A DNA stretch of 64,000 bases from Myxococcota bacterium (lineage in GTDB: Bacteria > Myxococcota_A > SURF-8 > G963663525), in the NCBI GenBank assembly GCA_963676915.2, contig CAXXVK010000052.1:64001-128000 (forward strand), read 5' to 3'. Position 1 is the stretch's first letter. Every line of letters begins with the position of its first letter. This document shows positions 29,315 to 39,139 of the stretch, piece after piece. The position numbers were made by a program, and so were the translations under genes. The notes under the pieces were generated by a model. The model was not told where the DNA came from, did not search any database, and was given only the letters and a program-made list of their open reading frames with translations.

Positions 29315-32140
29315 CTACTCTTCCTCATCCGAGTCGGACGACGGCTGTTCGAACACATGCCGCATCAGGTCTTTTTTCGAGCGATATCCACTTTTTACCT
29401 CAGAAGGGGGCGACACGTTCTCGGAACTGTCCGCCTCGTCCTCACCAAGAGACAGCGGAAGGCTCTGGTCGGTACCCACTCCGATTTCGTAGATTCCGCG
29501 CTCATCTTCCGGCGTAATCAGAGTTTCTTTTTCCTGACGTTCTTTTTCCTCGGCCTGCGCCTTGGCTTCCTCGTCGGAAATCGTCTGACGGATGTGCTCG
29601 ACAATACCGGTTTTCTGGCTGTAATCGGTCGAATCGATAAGGTCTTCGTCCTCTCCGTAGAAACGCTTGAGGAATTCTGCACGCTCTTCCATTTTACGTC
29701 GGTAGATGCGCTTGAAATCTTCCTCGTCCTTGATGATGTGAGGCGTGAGGAAAATCAACAGGTTGGTTTTTTCCTTGGCGTCACGGTCACGGCGGAACAA
29801 ACGACCCAAAATCGGCAAATCTCCCAAAAACGGCACTTTGTCGATATCTTCCGTATTACGATCCCTCAACATACCGCCGATAACGATCGTCTGGTTATCT
29901 TTGACCACGACCGAACTTTTAGCGGCCCGCTTGGTGGTTGTGGGTCCGAGGGTTTCCGAAATCGAGACGAGTTCCGTCACTTCCTGTTGAACCTGCAGCC
30001 TGACGAAATCGCTCTCGTTGATCTGCGGTTTGATTTTCATCGTCAATGCCACGTCCTGGCGCTGAATGGACAACACCGGCTGGTTGTTGGAGTCACGGGA
30101 CGACCCGGTAATGAACGGTACGTTGGAACCGACGATAATTTCCGCTTCTTCGTTGTCCGTCGTCAAAATGTGCGGTGTGGACAGCACGTTGGCGTTGGAA
30201 TCGGTCTGCAATGCCTGCATCAACACGCCGAACGAAGGAATCGCGGCGTCTCCGACCAACCCTTCGGTCCCGGCAAGATCCGGTCCCTGTACGCCCACCG
30301 CCATACCGGAAAGCGTGGTCGGGTCGATGGAAATCGAACTCATCGTTCCCAATGTGGTTCCGGCGTACACCGGCACGGTTTCACCATCGATGGTCATGGT
30401 AAAACCACCGTTCATCGCAACACCCAACGAACGGTCCACACTTAAACGGACTTCCATGATGACCGCTTCGACGAACACCTGTCGGCGGCGGATATCCAGC
30501 TTGTCGATAACTTTCGTCAAAGCGTTGAAATCCTTGGTGGAAGCCACGATAACCAGGGAGTTGGTGGATTTATCCGCCGTGATTTTCACTTCGCCTTCAA
30601 ACAGGTCCGCTGTGTCACCCGTTTTCGATTTTCCCTTTTTCGATCGGGAACGGCTACCTTGGGAAAGGCTTGACAAGGTACTCGAAAGTTCCTCGGCATT
30701 GGCGTTTTCGAGATAGTAGACATGCACCTGACCATCGCCCGGGATCGGCACGTCGAGACGGTTGATCATGTCGAGAATCCTCGGCATCGCCGCACGAGGT
30801 GCAACGACGATCAGTTGGTTCGTTCGCTCTTCGGCAATGATATTGGTGATCGTGACCTGATCGTCTTCAGGCTCCGTCGTTTGGGTCTTTTTTTTGCTTT
30901 TCCTTCTGGTTTTTTTCGTCGTCTTTTTCTTTGTGCTGCTTTTACCCTTGGCTTTTTCTCCGAAAATCTGGTTCAGGGTATCGGCCACTTCCTGAGCGGA
31001 CGCATAGTAAATGTCGATAACGTGAATCGAGTCCCTACCGGATGGAACATCCAGCTCTTTCAGGATTTTCACCATCCGCCGAATGTTGATGGCCGTATCG
31101 GTGATGATCACGCTATTGGTCGGCTCGTATGTAAGAACTTCACCCTCTTTCGTTTTGAAATCCTTCAGGATTTTGTCCACATCCTTGATTTCGACGTGAG
31201 AGAGTTTGAGCATGTAAGTAATGACTTCCTCGGACGGCTCGGTGTCGCCACCTTCGAGGTAGGTCTTGATCGGGGAACGCTGGGCATCCCGAACGGGAAT
31301 GACTTTGTAGAACTTCCCGACCCGCACGAGCGCCAGATCGCGGGAACGAAGAACCGATAAAAACGCCTGCCAAGCCTGCTCCCGTGTGACCGGGTTGGGC
31401 GAAATCAACGTGATTTTCCCGCCTTTAACCTTGTCACCGATCAGGAAGTTGATTTTGAACTTCTCGGCCATCTGCTTGATGAACTCCAGCAGATCCTGGT
31501 CGTAATAGTCGATGTGGTACAGCTCGCCTTTTTCGAACTCGGTGAACGCCTTGCGCTCGTTCATCTTTTTCTCGGCGTCTTCGCTGGTCGGAATAGGCTG
31601 CTTGACCGCCGGAGGGACCGGAGGTGCCGAAGGACCACGCGGAGGAAGTCCCAAAGACGAACCACCTGCAGAAGCCGGAGGTGGATTATCAGGCGTTGCA
31701 TCCTCTTCGGTGTCGTCGACTTGATCGGCCTCGTCATTTTCCGTTTTGGCCATGTTCGTCTTTCGAGTAGCCGCAGCGTCGGAACCAAGGTTATTCTGAG
31801 ACGGAGCCACGGACGACGACATACCCGCACGATTTCGAATCGCGCCGTCAACCTTCAAAGGAAGCCTGTCGTTAAGTTTGATTCCCGCTTTTTGGGCTTT
31901 GGCGTTCCGTTCCTTCAGGGATTTCGGATCGTTGCCTCGCCGCATCCTCTCCTTGAGATTCAACGGAATGCCTTCATCATCCAAAGCCTGGTCTTTCAAC
32001 GCTTTATCATACTTCGGATCTTCGGCGTAGGAGTTGAAACTCCAGCACGTCGATAAAAACACAAGAACGAATGTGGACCGCCACAAGTGAGAGAAGATCC
32101 GATTGCGCCGGTTGCCCCGGTTGTCTCTACAGCCGTTCAC
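29315..32140 (-). CDS. gspD: type II secretion secretin D
   Basis: N0-N3 domains, LDIRRRQVFVEAVIMEV, VLSTPHILTTDNEEAEI, KVPFLGDLPILGRLF, NLLIFLTPHII. Confidence 0.96.
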   Translation of the reverse strand: MNGCRDNRGNRRNRIFSHLWRSTFVLVFLSTCWSFNSYAEDPKYDKALKDQALDDEGIPLNLKERMRRGNDPKSLKERNAKAQKAGIKLNDRLPLKVDGAIRNRAGMSSSVAPSQNNLGSDAAATRKTNMAKTENDEADQVDDTEEDATPDNPPPASAGGSSLGLPPRGPSAPPVPPAVKQPIPTSEDAEKKMNERKAFTEFEKGELYHIDYYDQDLLEFIKQMAEKFKINFLIGDKVKGGKITLISPNPVTREQAWQAFLSVLRSRDLALVRVGKFYKVIPVRDAQRSPIKTYLEGGDTEPSEEVITYMLKLSHVEIKDVDKILKDFKTKEGEVLTYEPTNSVIITDTAINIRRMVKILKELDVPSGRDSIHVIDIYYASAQEVADTLNQIFGEKAKGKSSTKKKTTKKTRRKSKKKTQTTEPEDDQVTITNIIAEERTNQLIVVAPRAAMPRILDMINRLDVPIPGDGQVHVYYLENANAEELSSTLSSLSQGSRSRSKKGKSKTGDTADLFEGEVKITADKSTNSLVIVASTKDFNALTKVIDKLDIRRRQVFVEAVIMEVRLSVDRSLGVAMNGGFTMTIDGETVPVYAGTTLGTMSSISIDPTTLSGMAVGVQGPDLAGTEGLVGDAAIPSFGVLMQALQTDSNANVLSTPHILTTDNEEAEIIVGSNVPFITGSSRDSNNQPVLSIQRQDVALTMKIKPQINESDFVRLQVQQEVTELVSISETLGPTTTKRAAKSSVVVKDNQTIVIGGMLRDRNTEDIDKVPFLGDLPILGRLFRRDRDAKEKTNLLIFLTPHIIKDEEDFKRIYRRKMEERAEFLKRFYGEDEDLIDSTDYSQKTGIVEHIRQTISDEEAKAQAEEKERQEKETLITPEDERGIYEIGVGTDQSLPLSLGEDEADSSENVSPPSEVKSGYRSKKDLMRHVFEQPSSDSDEEE

Positions 32141-32213
32141 AGGGCGCCTCCTTCACTTGGATCAAGACGTGTGGACATCTGTTTTTCCCAATAATATTCC
32201 ATAGTTCCATCCA

Positions 32214-33146
32214 TTACCGAACATTGTACTGCAACGTAACATTCCGACCGCGACGCTCCAGGTTGATCTGAATCGATTTTTCCGTTTTCAGCTTCGCGTA
32301 GATTTCCAATGCTTTTTCCGGGGAGTCGAGCTTCATGCTGTTGACTTCCTGAATAACGTCCCCGTTTTTGATTCCCACTTTGTCGTATAAAGAACCGGGT
32401 TTGATAGAGTAAATCCGAAACCCGTTTCCTTTTCCGTTTTTGAAATTGGGAACGATCCTCGCCTGGGTTGCCAGACTGTTCAGGTTCCCCATTTGCTTTT
32501 GCAATTCACCCTCGGCGATATTGAACTCGGTATCGCTGACTTTCTGAATCCCGTCGAATTCGTCACCACTATCGCCTTCCGCCGGTTTTTCCTCTGCGGC
32601 TTTATCGTCGAGATCCCCGTGGGCCAGGCATTCGATTTTCCCACCGTTCTGGAAATAAAAACGTTTTCGATACACACCGACGACCGGGCCGCTTTCGACT
32701 TTCTGACCCCACTGGAACATTTTGACCGTCTTGTCAGGCATCTGAAGAATTCCGAAAGAATGCTTGGGGTTGGCCGCAGCAACGGTTCCCATCAACGTAG
32801 CCTTCAACGACGAACCGGTGCAGGGGTAGCTTTCCGGGACGACCATACCTTCTTCGTAATCGATTTCCACTTCGGGCGGAGCATCGATGCCACCCATCAG
32901 TTCCGGCGGAGGATCGGGAGGAATAATGGCTTTCCCCACAAAGGGATCCCATAACGGATCTCGCTTGGCCTGCTTGTTTTTTGCGGAATTATGATCGACG
33001 ACCTTACGAGAAACCGGTGGTATTTCCGGCTTCAACCGCAAACTGGCACCCAGCAGCAAATTGACCGTTCCCGCTGCGAGAAACGAACAGACCATGATGG
33101 TGAACAGGTTCACGGTCCAGAAATATTCTTTAAAAAACCTGCGCAT
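32214..33146 (-). CDS. gspC: type II secretion protein C with PDZ domain
   Basis: N-terminal TM, L.GTV HR domain, QARIVP, GFRIYSIKPGS..GIKNGDVI PDZ. Confidence 0.93.
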   Translation of the reverse strand: MRRFFKEYFWTVNLFTIMVCSFLAAGTVNLLLGASLRLKPEIPPVSRKVVDHNSAKNKQAKRDPLWDPFVGKAIIPPDPPPELMGGIDAPPEVEIDYEEGMVVPESYPCTGSSLKATLMGTVAAANPKHSFGILQMPDKTVKMFQWGQKVESGPVVGVYRKRFYFQNGGKIECLAHGDLDDKAAEEKPAEGDSGDEFDGIQKVSDTEFNIAEGELQKQMGNLNSLATQARIVPNFKNGKGNGFRIYSIKPGSLYDKVGIKNGDVIQEVNSMKLDSPEKALEIYAKLKTEKSIQINLERRGRNVTLQYNVR

Positions 33147-33214
33147 CAAAATACCTTGGTTCCAGGTTATTCTGCTTGGTACAATCAAGCAGGCAAAACA
33201 TCAAGAACTCCTTA

Positions 33215-33230
33215 AGCAATATACATGCCA
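33215..33230 (-). promoter_or_regulatory. sigma54 (RpoN) -24/-12 promoter of the T2SS operon
   Basis: Minus strand TGGCATG-TATA-TTGCT matches consensus TGGCACG-N4-TTGCW with exact GG-N10-GC spacing, ~70 nt upstream of gspC. Confidence 0.8.
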
Positions 33231-33252
33231 GAGGCAACACAACAGAACTAAC

Positions 33253-33265
33253 TCTCAACCATTTG
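33253..33265 (+). promoter_or_regulatory. IHF-like binding site
   Basis: TCTCAACCATTTG vs WATCAANNNNTTR (1 mismatch), between the enhancer repeats and the sigma54 box. Confidence 0.45.
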
Positions 33266-33330
33266 AATTGACAGGGTATTTTTCACCGCCTGCCAAAGTC
33301 TTTTCTCCGAGGAAGACAAAGCTCCTCTCA

Positions 33331-33387
33331 CAAGGACAAAATGTCAATCGGTCAATCCTCTCTCTTCGGCCAAGGACAAATTGTCAA
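33331..33387. promoter_or_regulatory. tandem enhancer-like (UAS) sites for a sigma54 activator
   Basis: CAAGGACAAAATGTCAA (33331-33347) and CAAGGACAAATTGTCAA (33371-33387): 16/17 identical, each with a GACA-N3-TGTC dyad, 40 bp apart. Confidence 0.7.
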
Positions 33388-33506
33388 ACCCAAACTCACC
33401 TATTCTTCCGAAAGACTTTTTCAGCGGAAAACATCCGTTTCACCGAATTCGTCGCTTGATCAATTTCTCCTGCCTTGCTAGCCTATCTTGAATCAGGGAG
33501 GTGACC

Positions 33507-34586
33507 ATGGAGCAACCCCGATGGATGATTTACGGAGCCAACGGCTATACGGGACGTTTGACGGCGAGACTTGCCATGCTGCTGGGTGAAAATCCTGTGC
33601 TGGCCGGTCGGAGCAAAGAAAAAATCGAGCCGCTCGCTCAGTCGCTTGAACTGGACTATCGGGTTTTCCGACTGGACGATCCGTTCGGACTGAAAAAAGC
33701 GCTGGAATCGGTAGACGCCATTTTGCTGATGGCCGGGCCGTTTTCGGCTACCAGCCGCCTCGTGGTGGACGCCTGCCTGCAAACAGGAACTCATTACCTT
33801 GATATCACAGGAGAAATCGCGGTTCTTGAAACGGTGCTCAACCGTGACGAGGAAGCCCGAAAAGCCGGTGTCACTTTAATTCCCGGAGTCGGTTTCGATG
33901 TCGTCCCTACCGATTGCCTCGCCGCAATGCTGGCTCAAAAACTTCCCGACGCCACCCACCTGGAACTTGCCTTCGGCGGATCGGGAAAAATCAGCCCCGG
34001 CACCATGAAAACGATTGTCGAAGGCTTGGCGCTACCCAAAGGGGGAGCCATCCGAGACGATGGTCGTATCAAACCGGTCCGTGCGGTTTGGAAGACACGC
34101 AGAATTCCTTTCCCCAACGCACATTCCCATGCCATTTCCATAGGTTGGGGCGACGTAGCTTCGGCGTATCATTCCACCGGCATTCCCAATATCGTTACCT
34201 ACATGTCGATGCCGGAATCCGCAATTGTCCGCATGAAACAGGCGGAAACCTTTCAACCGATTCTGAAACTTTCGTTCGCGCAGTCGATCATCAAGCATTT
34301 CATCGAAAAGTGGGTTCCCGGCCCTACAGAAAACGACCGCCGTAAAGGCTTCAACGATGTCTGGGGAGAAGTCCGAAACGCCAACGGCCAGATCGTCACA
34401 GGTTGCCTGACGACTCCCGAAGGCTATACTCTTACCGCCGATTCTTCGATTCGCGCCATGAAAAAGGTGCTGGAAGGCTCCGTATCCAAAGGGGCGTTGA
34501 CCCCATCGAAAGCGTTCGGCGCGGATTTCATTTTAGAATGCGATGGCGTGACCCGCCACGAGTTCACCGAATCGCAAACTGACTAG
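33507..34586 (+). CDS. saccharopine dehydrogenase-like NAD(P)-binding oxidoreductase
   Basis: IYGANGYTG, LAGRS, AGPF, HYLDITGE, GVGFDVVPTDC. Confidence 0.9.
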   Translation: MEQPRWMIYGANGYTGRLTARLAMLLGENPVLAGRSKEKIEPLAQSLELDYRVFRLDDPFGLKKALESVDAILLMAGPFSATSRLVVDACLQTGTHYLDITGEIAVLETVLNRDEEARKAGVTLIPGVGFDVVPTDCLAAMLAQKLPDATHLELAFGGSGKISPGTMKTIVEGLALPKGGAIRDDGRIKPVRAVWKTRRIPFPNAHSHAISIGWGDVASAYHSTGIPNIVTYMSMPESAIVRMKQAETFQPILKLSFAQSIIKHFIEKWVPGPTENDRRKGFNDVWGEVRNANGQIVTGCLTTPEGYTLTADSSIRAMKKVLEGSVSKGALTPSKAFGADFILECDGVTRHEFTESQTD

Positions 34587-34641
34587 GATACCATTTGAAC
34601 TTTTCGATTTTCCTCGGCTTTCAGAGTTGCATGGACGAAAA

Positions 34642-35310
34642 ATGACCATTTTGACCCGAAAATTCGCGTTATGGATGATGTTGGCGTTGTTATCGAGCCT
34701 CACAGCTTGCCACCCCACAACCGCGAAATGGGATCCGGCGGTAGACTTGGAACCGGATTCGGTGCTTCATCCTACCAGCAACATCGAAGCCAGCCACCAA
34801 GGCTATGTCGAGGGACGGCGTTTGATGCAACTGAGCCGATACGAAGAAGCGGAAAAACGGCTGGCCGAAGCGGTGGATCTCGACACAGAAAACCACAAAG
34901 CCTGGTGGGTACTAGCCCACTGCCGTCAAATGCAATTCCACAAAAGCGGGGATAAAAACCAACTTGGCAAGGCGGTGCAAGCCTTGCAAAAAGCCTGCGA
35001 AAAACAACCGGATCGTCCAAATTACCATAACGATTTAGGTCAGTTGTATTTCGAAGCCGGTCGGTTTCAAGAAGCGATTCAAGCCTTGCAGAAAGCCCGA
35101 AACCAGATCCAGGACTGGCCCGACCCATACTATCATCTCGCACAAGTTTACGTTGCAATGAACCAGACAGACAAGGCTCTGAACGAGCTAGAAACGTCGA
35201 TCCGCCTCAAAGAATTGTTCCGCGAACGAGCCGCGAAAGAACCTGCCTTCGAGTCGTTACAAAAAAACCAACGTTTTCAGGAACTTATCTCACAGGGTGT
35301 TGGGCAATAA
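34642..35310 (+). CDS. TPR-repeat lipoprotein
   Basis: Lipobox LTAC; about 4 TPRs; C-terminal A.K(E/D)P.F.SL...RF..L cap. Confidence 0.85.
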   Translation: MTILTRKFALWMMLALLSSLTACHPTTAKWDPAVDLEPDSVLHPTSNIEASHQGYVEGRRLMQLSRYEEAEKRLAEAVDLDTENHKAWWVLAHCRQMQFHKSGDKNQLGKAVQALQKACEKQPDRPNYHNDLGQLYFEAGRFQEAIQALQKARNQIQDWPDPYYHLAQVYVAMNQTDKALNELETSIRLKELFRERAAKEPAFESLQKNQRFQELISQGVGQ

Positions 35311-35352
35311 ATTTACCCGACATGACTACAGAAACTGTCAAATGATTCAATT

Positions 35353-37455
35353 CTACCAGATACTCTGCATCGGAATTTCGACGAGGCTGCTCTGGTTGGA
35401 AGTATGGTAAACTGAGTCTTCTCCCCATAGCGTTTCGATGGGGGATACCGCTTTATTGGCCACGATCCGATAGGCTCCCGAAGCGATGAAAACCGACACT
35501 TTGCCTTCATCGTCGGTCATCGTCGAATAGACTTCGCGATCATTGCCGGAACTTGTGGAGGTGTATATTGTCACGCTGGCTTCGGCGACCGCCTCGCCGG
35601 TATTGGCTCGTTGGGTCAGGATTTTCAGCCAGGTGGCATTTTCGTCCACACAGGAGCCATCGGGACAACCACAATAACCTCCCATGCATTCGCAGGTGAT
35701 CGGCAGGGTAGACATGCAGCTATCCTCACCGGTGGGCAATGTCCCGTAGCACCCACAATCGATATCGCTTACCTGACAAGGTGTATCTTCACTACAGGAA
35801 CGATCCCCGCCCTGCACCCGGCAATCATCGTAACAGGTCTGGTAGGATTCTCCCTGGTATGGGCTGCATTGACCATCTCCGCAACCGTCGAAATCGCAGA
35901 CTTCCGTACATTGTCCGCGCTGACAGGCCCAATGCCCGACGCAATCCACCAGCCAATCCAACTCGATACAATCGTACGGCTGGTTGCATTGCGGATTCGT
36001 TCCCGTGGAGCACTGCCCATTCTCACATTGACCGGTCGTTCCATCTTCGGTTTGGCACATCGTGCCATCCGCTAAAGGCTCGTAGGTACAGGTCCAACAG
36101 TCCGGGTAGGGTAAAGATTGGATACGGACCTCCATACAGGAACCGGGATTGTAGCAGTTCGGTTGCGGTACGTTGTCACAGGTTTGCTCGTCGAGTTTAC
36201 AAGCCCCCTCCATACAAGCGAAACCGGGAGGACAATCCCCATCCACATTGCAGGTTTGCTCACCAAGACAATCCTCGTTGCAACTCATGGCGCTTTCGCC
36301 CCGGTTTTCGTCGCAGGTGCCGTTACCGCACATATCGTAATCACAGACTTCTGTGCATTCCCCATCGTCGCAAGACCAATGCCCCCAGCAACGAACATCC
36401 CAACTCAACGAAAGACAATCCACCGGTTCCCGGCACTCTTCCATCTCTGCGCAATCGCTCCCGCAACTTTGATCCGTTTCGCCATTGGCCGTATCACAAA
36501 CGCCGTCGCCACAACCGTCGAAATCACAAACAGGCGTACATTGTCCCTGTTGACAGGACCAATGCCCGATACAATTGACCATCCAAAGCAGATCCAGACA
36601 ATCCGAAACGTCGGCACATTCCCCGGAATCCACCTTGCAATAGCCACTCAGACAAAGACCTTCCTCACCGCTTGCAGTCCTGCAAACTGTCCCGTTTTCA
36701 ATGTTTTCATAGGTACAAGCCCAGCAATCGGGAGCCGGTTTCTGCACAGGGATTCCCTCACGGCAGGGATTGTTGTTTGAGCAATCCGGCTGTTCCACGT
36801 TCTCGCAAGCATCCTCTACCTGACAGACGCCATCCACACAGATTTCATAGGAAACGCAATCTGCATCTTCCACGCAATAGTGAGTCCCGCAGTCCGCCGG
36901 GCAACTGCTTTCCGACTCGCCTTTTCCGGGTCGGCAATTTCCATCGCCACATTGCTCGTCATCGCAGGTTTCCTCGCACATTCCCGCATTGCAACTCCAA
37001 TGACCGACGCAGCGGATATCCCACGGCAAGTCAATGCAATCTTTGGGTAATTCACAGGTGGGATCGACTTCTTCATCGGTTTCCGGCTCGATCTCGCCGG
37101 GATCGTCCGCATCCGTGTCGCCTGCCGGAGCCAGGCATAGTCCCACCTGACAAATACCCTGCCCTCCCCCGCTCATATCGCAAGGTTGTCCCTCGTTGAT
37201 GGCTTGAAGCTCGCACTTCCACTCGCAATCCGGCTCTCCCGACCATTGCCAATTGAACGCTCCGCAGGCTCCGCCATCCGGGCAGGACGCCGTTGGCATC
37301 TCACCCGCCGCGCATTCTTCACCATCGGAGGTTTCGGTATCGTTATCTCCACCCGGATCGACAAACCCGGTGCTGGTATCGGCGCTTCCGCAGGCAGCGA
37401 GTAGAATGGTCAGGCTGGCAAGAACGAAAAATAGACGGAATTCGGTACGTTGCAT
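35353..37455 (-). CDS. Cys-rich multi-repeat lipoprotein with C-terminal carboxypeptidase-regulatory/transthyretin-like domain
   Basis: Lipobox LAAC; three repeat types; C-terminal G.AV..A.V..,TD.EG,G.Y.I.A.K pattern; AGGAGG RBS. Confidence 0.85.
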   Translation of the reverse strand: MQRTEFRLFFVLASLTILLAACGSADTSTGFVDPGGDNDTETSDGEECAAGEMPTASCPDGGACGAFNWQWSGEPDCEWKCELQAINEGQPCDMSGGGQGICQVGLCLAPAGDTDADDPGEIEPETDEEVDPTCELPKDCIDLPWDIRCVGHWSCNAGMCEETCDDEQCGDGNCRPGKGESESSCPADCGTHYCVEDADCVSYEICVDGVCQVEDACENVEQPDCSNNNPCREGIPVQKPAPDCWACTYENIENGTVCRTASGEEGLCLSGYCKVDSGECADVSDCLDLLWMVNCIGHWSCQQGQCTPVCDFDGCGDGVCDTANGETDQSCGSDCAEMEECREPVDCLSLSWDVRCWGHWSCDDGECTEVCDYDMCGNGTCDENRGESAMSCNEDCLGEQTCNVDGDCPPGFACMEGACKLDEQTCDNVPQPNCYNPGSCMEVRIQSLPYPDCWTCTYEPLADGTMCQTEDGTTGQCENGQCSTGTNPQCNQPYDCIELDWLVDCVGHWACQRGQCTEVCDFDGCGDGQCSPYQGESYQTCYDDCRVQGGDRSCSEDTPCQVSDIDCGCYGTLPTGEDSCMSTLPITCECMGGYCGCPDGSCVDENATWLKILTQRANTGEAVAEASVTIYTSTSSGNDREVYSTMTDDEGKVSVFIASGAYRIVANKAVSPIETLWGEDSVYHTSNQSSLVEIPMQSIW
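35821..37314 (-). repeat. protein-level mosaic of Cys-rich repeats (4x 56-aa GHW repeat, 3x PDC(E)W repeat, 2x short 4-Cys repeat)
   Basis: Read from translation, e.g. C....DC..L.W.V.C.GHW.C..G.C...CD...CGDG.C....GE....C..DC four times. Confidence 0.85.
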
Positions 37456-37494
37456 GGCACGAACCTCCTATGGAGTGGCAGTCGGATAGTCCTT

Positions 37495-37523
37495 ATGGTA
37501 GCGTTCTGGAGGGCGAGTGTCAA
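37495..37523 (-). promoter_or_regulatory. sigma70-type promoter
   Basis: TTGACA-17 bp-TACCAT upstream of the Cys-rich lipoprotein. Confidence 0.65.
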
Positions 37524-37675
37524 CTCCGAACCAAGGGAGAGAAAAAACCAATCCTCTGGTTTTCTCTGACCCGATTCATGCACTTCGACACCTTCGGCAC
37601 AACAACCGATACAGACTCGGACTCGAAAGAATCGACCCGATATTTAGCAGGGATAATCCCTGTATGGATGCGAAA

Positions 37676-38818
37676 TTATTCGGCTTCTTTGAAGCGAATG
37701 ACGCCTTTCATGTCGGTTTCTTCGGTGTCTTTCCAACGATAGCGCCGGGTGTATTTCATACCGCCGGTGAGATCCTCGCCGAGTTCGTCATCGAAAACCT
37801 CGACCTGTTCGAGCTTCGTGCGCCATTCTTCCATTTTCTTACGGTCGCCCGCCTTCTTGACCACTTGGTATAGTTTTTTCTGATAGTCCAGCTTGAAGGG
37901 AGCCAACTCGACCGCTTTTTCCATCGCGCGCACGGCATCGCGGTATTCTTTCTGTTTGAGCGAGAATGCGGCGAACTCCTCGAAATACGTGGCATAATCG
38001 GGTTCGAGTCGAAGTTTGAGCATTTTATCGAAAATGGAATGATAATCCAGATCTTCCATAGTCACGTCTTCCATACGATCCTGTAAATCATCGAGCATAT
38101 CTTCCTGGGCATCTTCATCCAGTTCCGCAAGAAGGATCGCGTTGCGCCAGGCGTTCATCAACAAACGAGCTTTTTCGTTGTTATCGAGAGATCCTTTTTT
38201 CACTTTGGCGTACGTCACGAGCGTTCCCTTGGCCTTAGACCCGTCATCGTCGATATCGAAGGAGAAGATCCACAAACCACCTTTCATTTTTTCGGGCAAT
38301 GCACTTTTTTTGTCCACTTTGAACTGAGACATCGCCAACCGCAACACGGCTTGCTCGTAGGCCATTTCGCGAACTTCCCTGACCCGCTCCTTGAACGAAT
38401 CCTTTTTGCTCGTCACGGTCAAGATCAGGGCACGGGTGTTTTGCATTCGCTTTTTGACTTTTTGCGTGCGTACAGCCTTAGCCACGGCTTTGTATCCACC
38501 GTCAGGCAGATTCTCGGTGCGGACGATCTCTACCTCTACATTGCTGTTCCCAAGGGAGGTGGTGAACATCGAAAACGGCTGATCGTGCATATATTCGAAG
38601 GTCAGGGTTGCAGGTTTCGCCGCAGAAATAGCCAGACGAGCCGCCATTTTTTTGGCATCCTGCTCGGCGTTTTCTCCCCATCCGTATCCGACAACTTCAA
38701 TCTCTTTTTCGACACGAACGCCTTTGAATTCGTGTTTCGCCACGGTTTTGCAGGAAGTAGCACCCAACACCAACAACAACGCAACAACGAAAACGACGAC
38801 AACAGTTTGTCGATTCAT
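37676..38818 (-). CDS. hypothetical lipoprotein with C-terminal TPR-like helices
   Basis: MNRQTVVVVFVVALLLVLGATSC lipobox, AAGGAGG RBS, EY.DAVRAMEKAVELAP TPR. Confidence 0.75.
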   Translation of the reverse strand: MNRQTVVVVFVVALLLVLGATSCKTVAKHEFKGVRVEKEIEVVGYGWGENAEQDAKKMAARLAISAAKPATLTFEYMHDQPFSMFTTSLGNSNVEVEIVRTENLPDGGYKAVAKAVRTQKVKKRMQNTRALILTVTSKKDSFKERVREVREMAYEQAVLRLAMSQFKVDKKSALPEKMKGGLWIFSFDIDDDGSKAKGTLVTYAKVKKGSLDNNEKARLLMNAWRNAILLAELDEDAQEDMLDDLQDRMEDVTMEDLDYHSIFDKMLKLRLEPDYATYFEEFAAFSLKQKEYRDAVRAMEKAVELAPFKLDYQKKLYQVVKKAGDRKKMEEWRTKLEQVEVFDDELGEDLTGGMKYTRRYRWKDTEETDMKGVIRFKEAE

Positions 38819-38951
38819 AACCTGACCTCCTTGACGGTTTCGGTCCTGGACTGGAATTTTCTGGGAGCGCGCACGAACACTCGGACGATACACCTTTCCC
38901 CGGATAACGTCATTAAACTGGGGAAAAATGCTCTTCCGACCCGTGTGCAGA

Positions 38952-38980
38952 ATCCTACCGTGCAATACCGTAAGAGTCAA
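38952..38980 (-). promoter_or_regulatory. sigma70-type promoter
   Basis: TTGACT-17 bp-TAGGAT, giving a ~125-nt leader. Confidence 0.55.
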
Positions 38981-39139
38981 CTTTGTATCTCGGATACGAA
39001 ATTCTCGCCGGTTATCCTGCAATGAAGCGAAAAATCAGAAAGAAAACCGCGTTTTTTCATGGCACCTCTTCATTGCGACGAAAAAATCCCTATGGTATGT
39101 AAGCTTTCGACGAGCCTTTGCCTGGTGGAGATTAAAACC

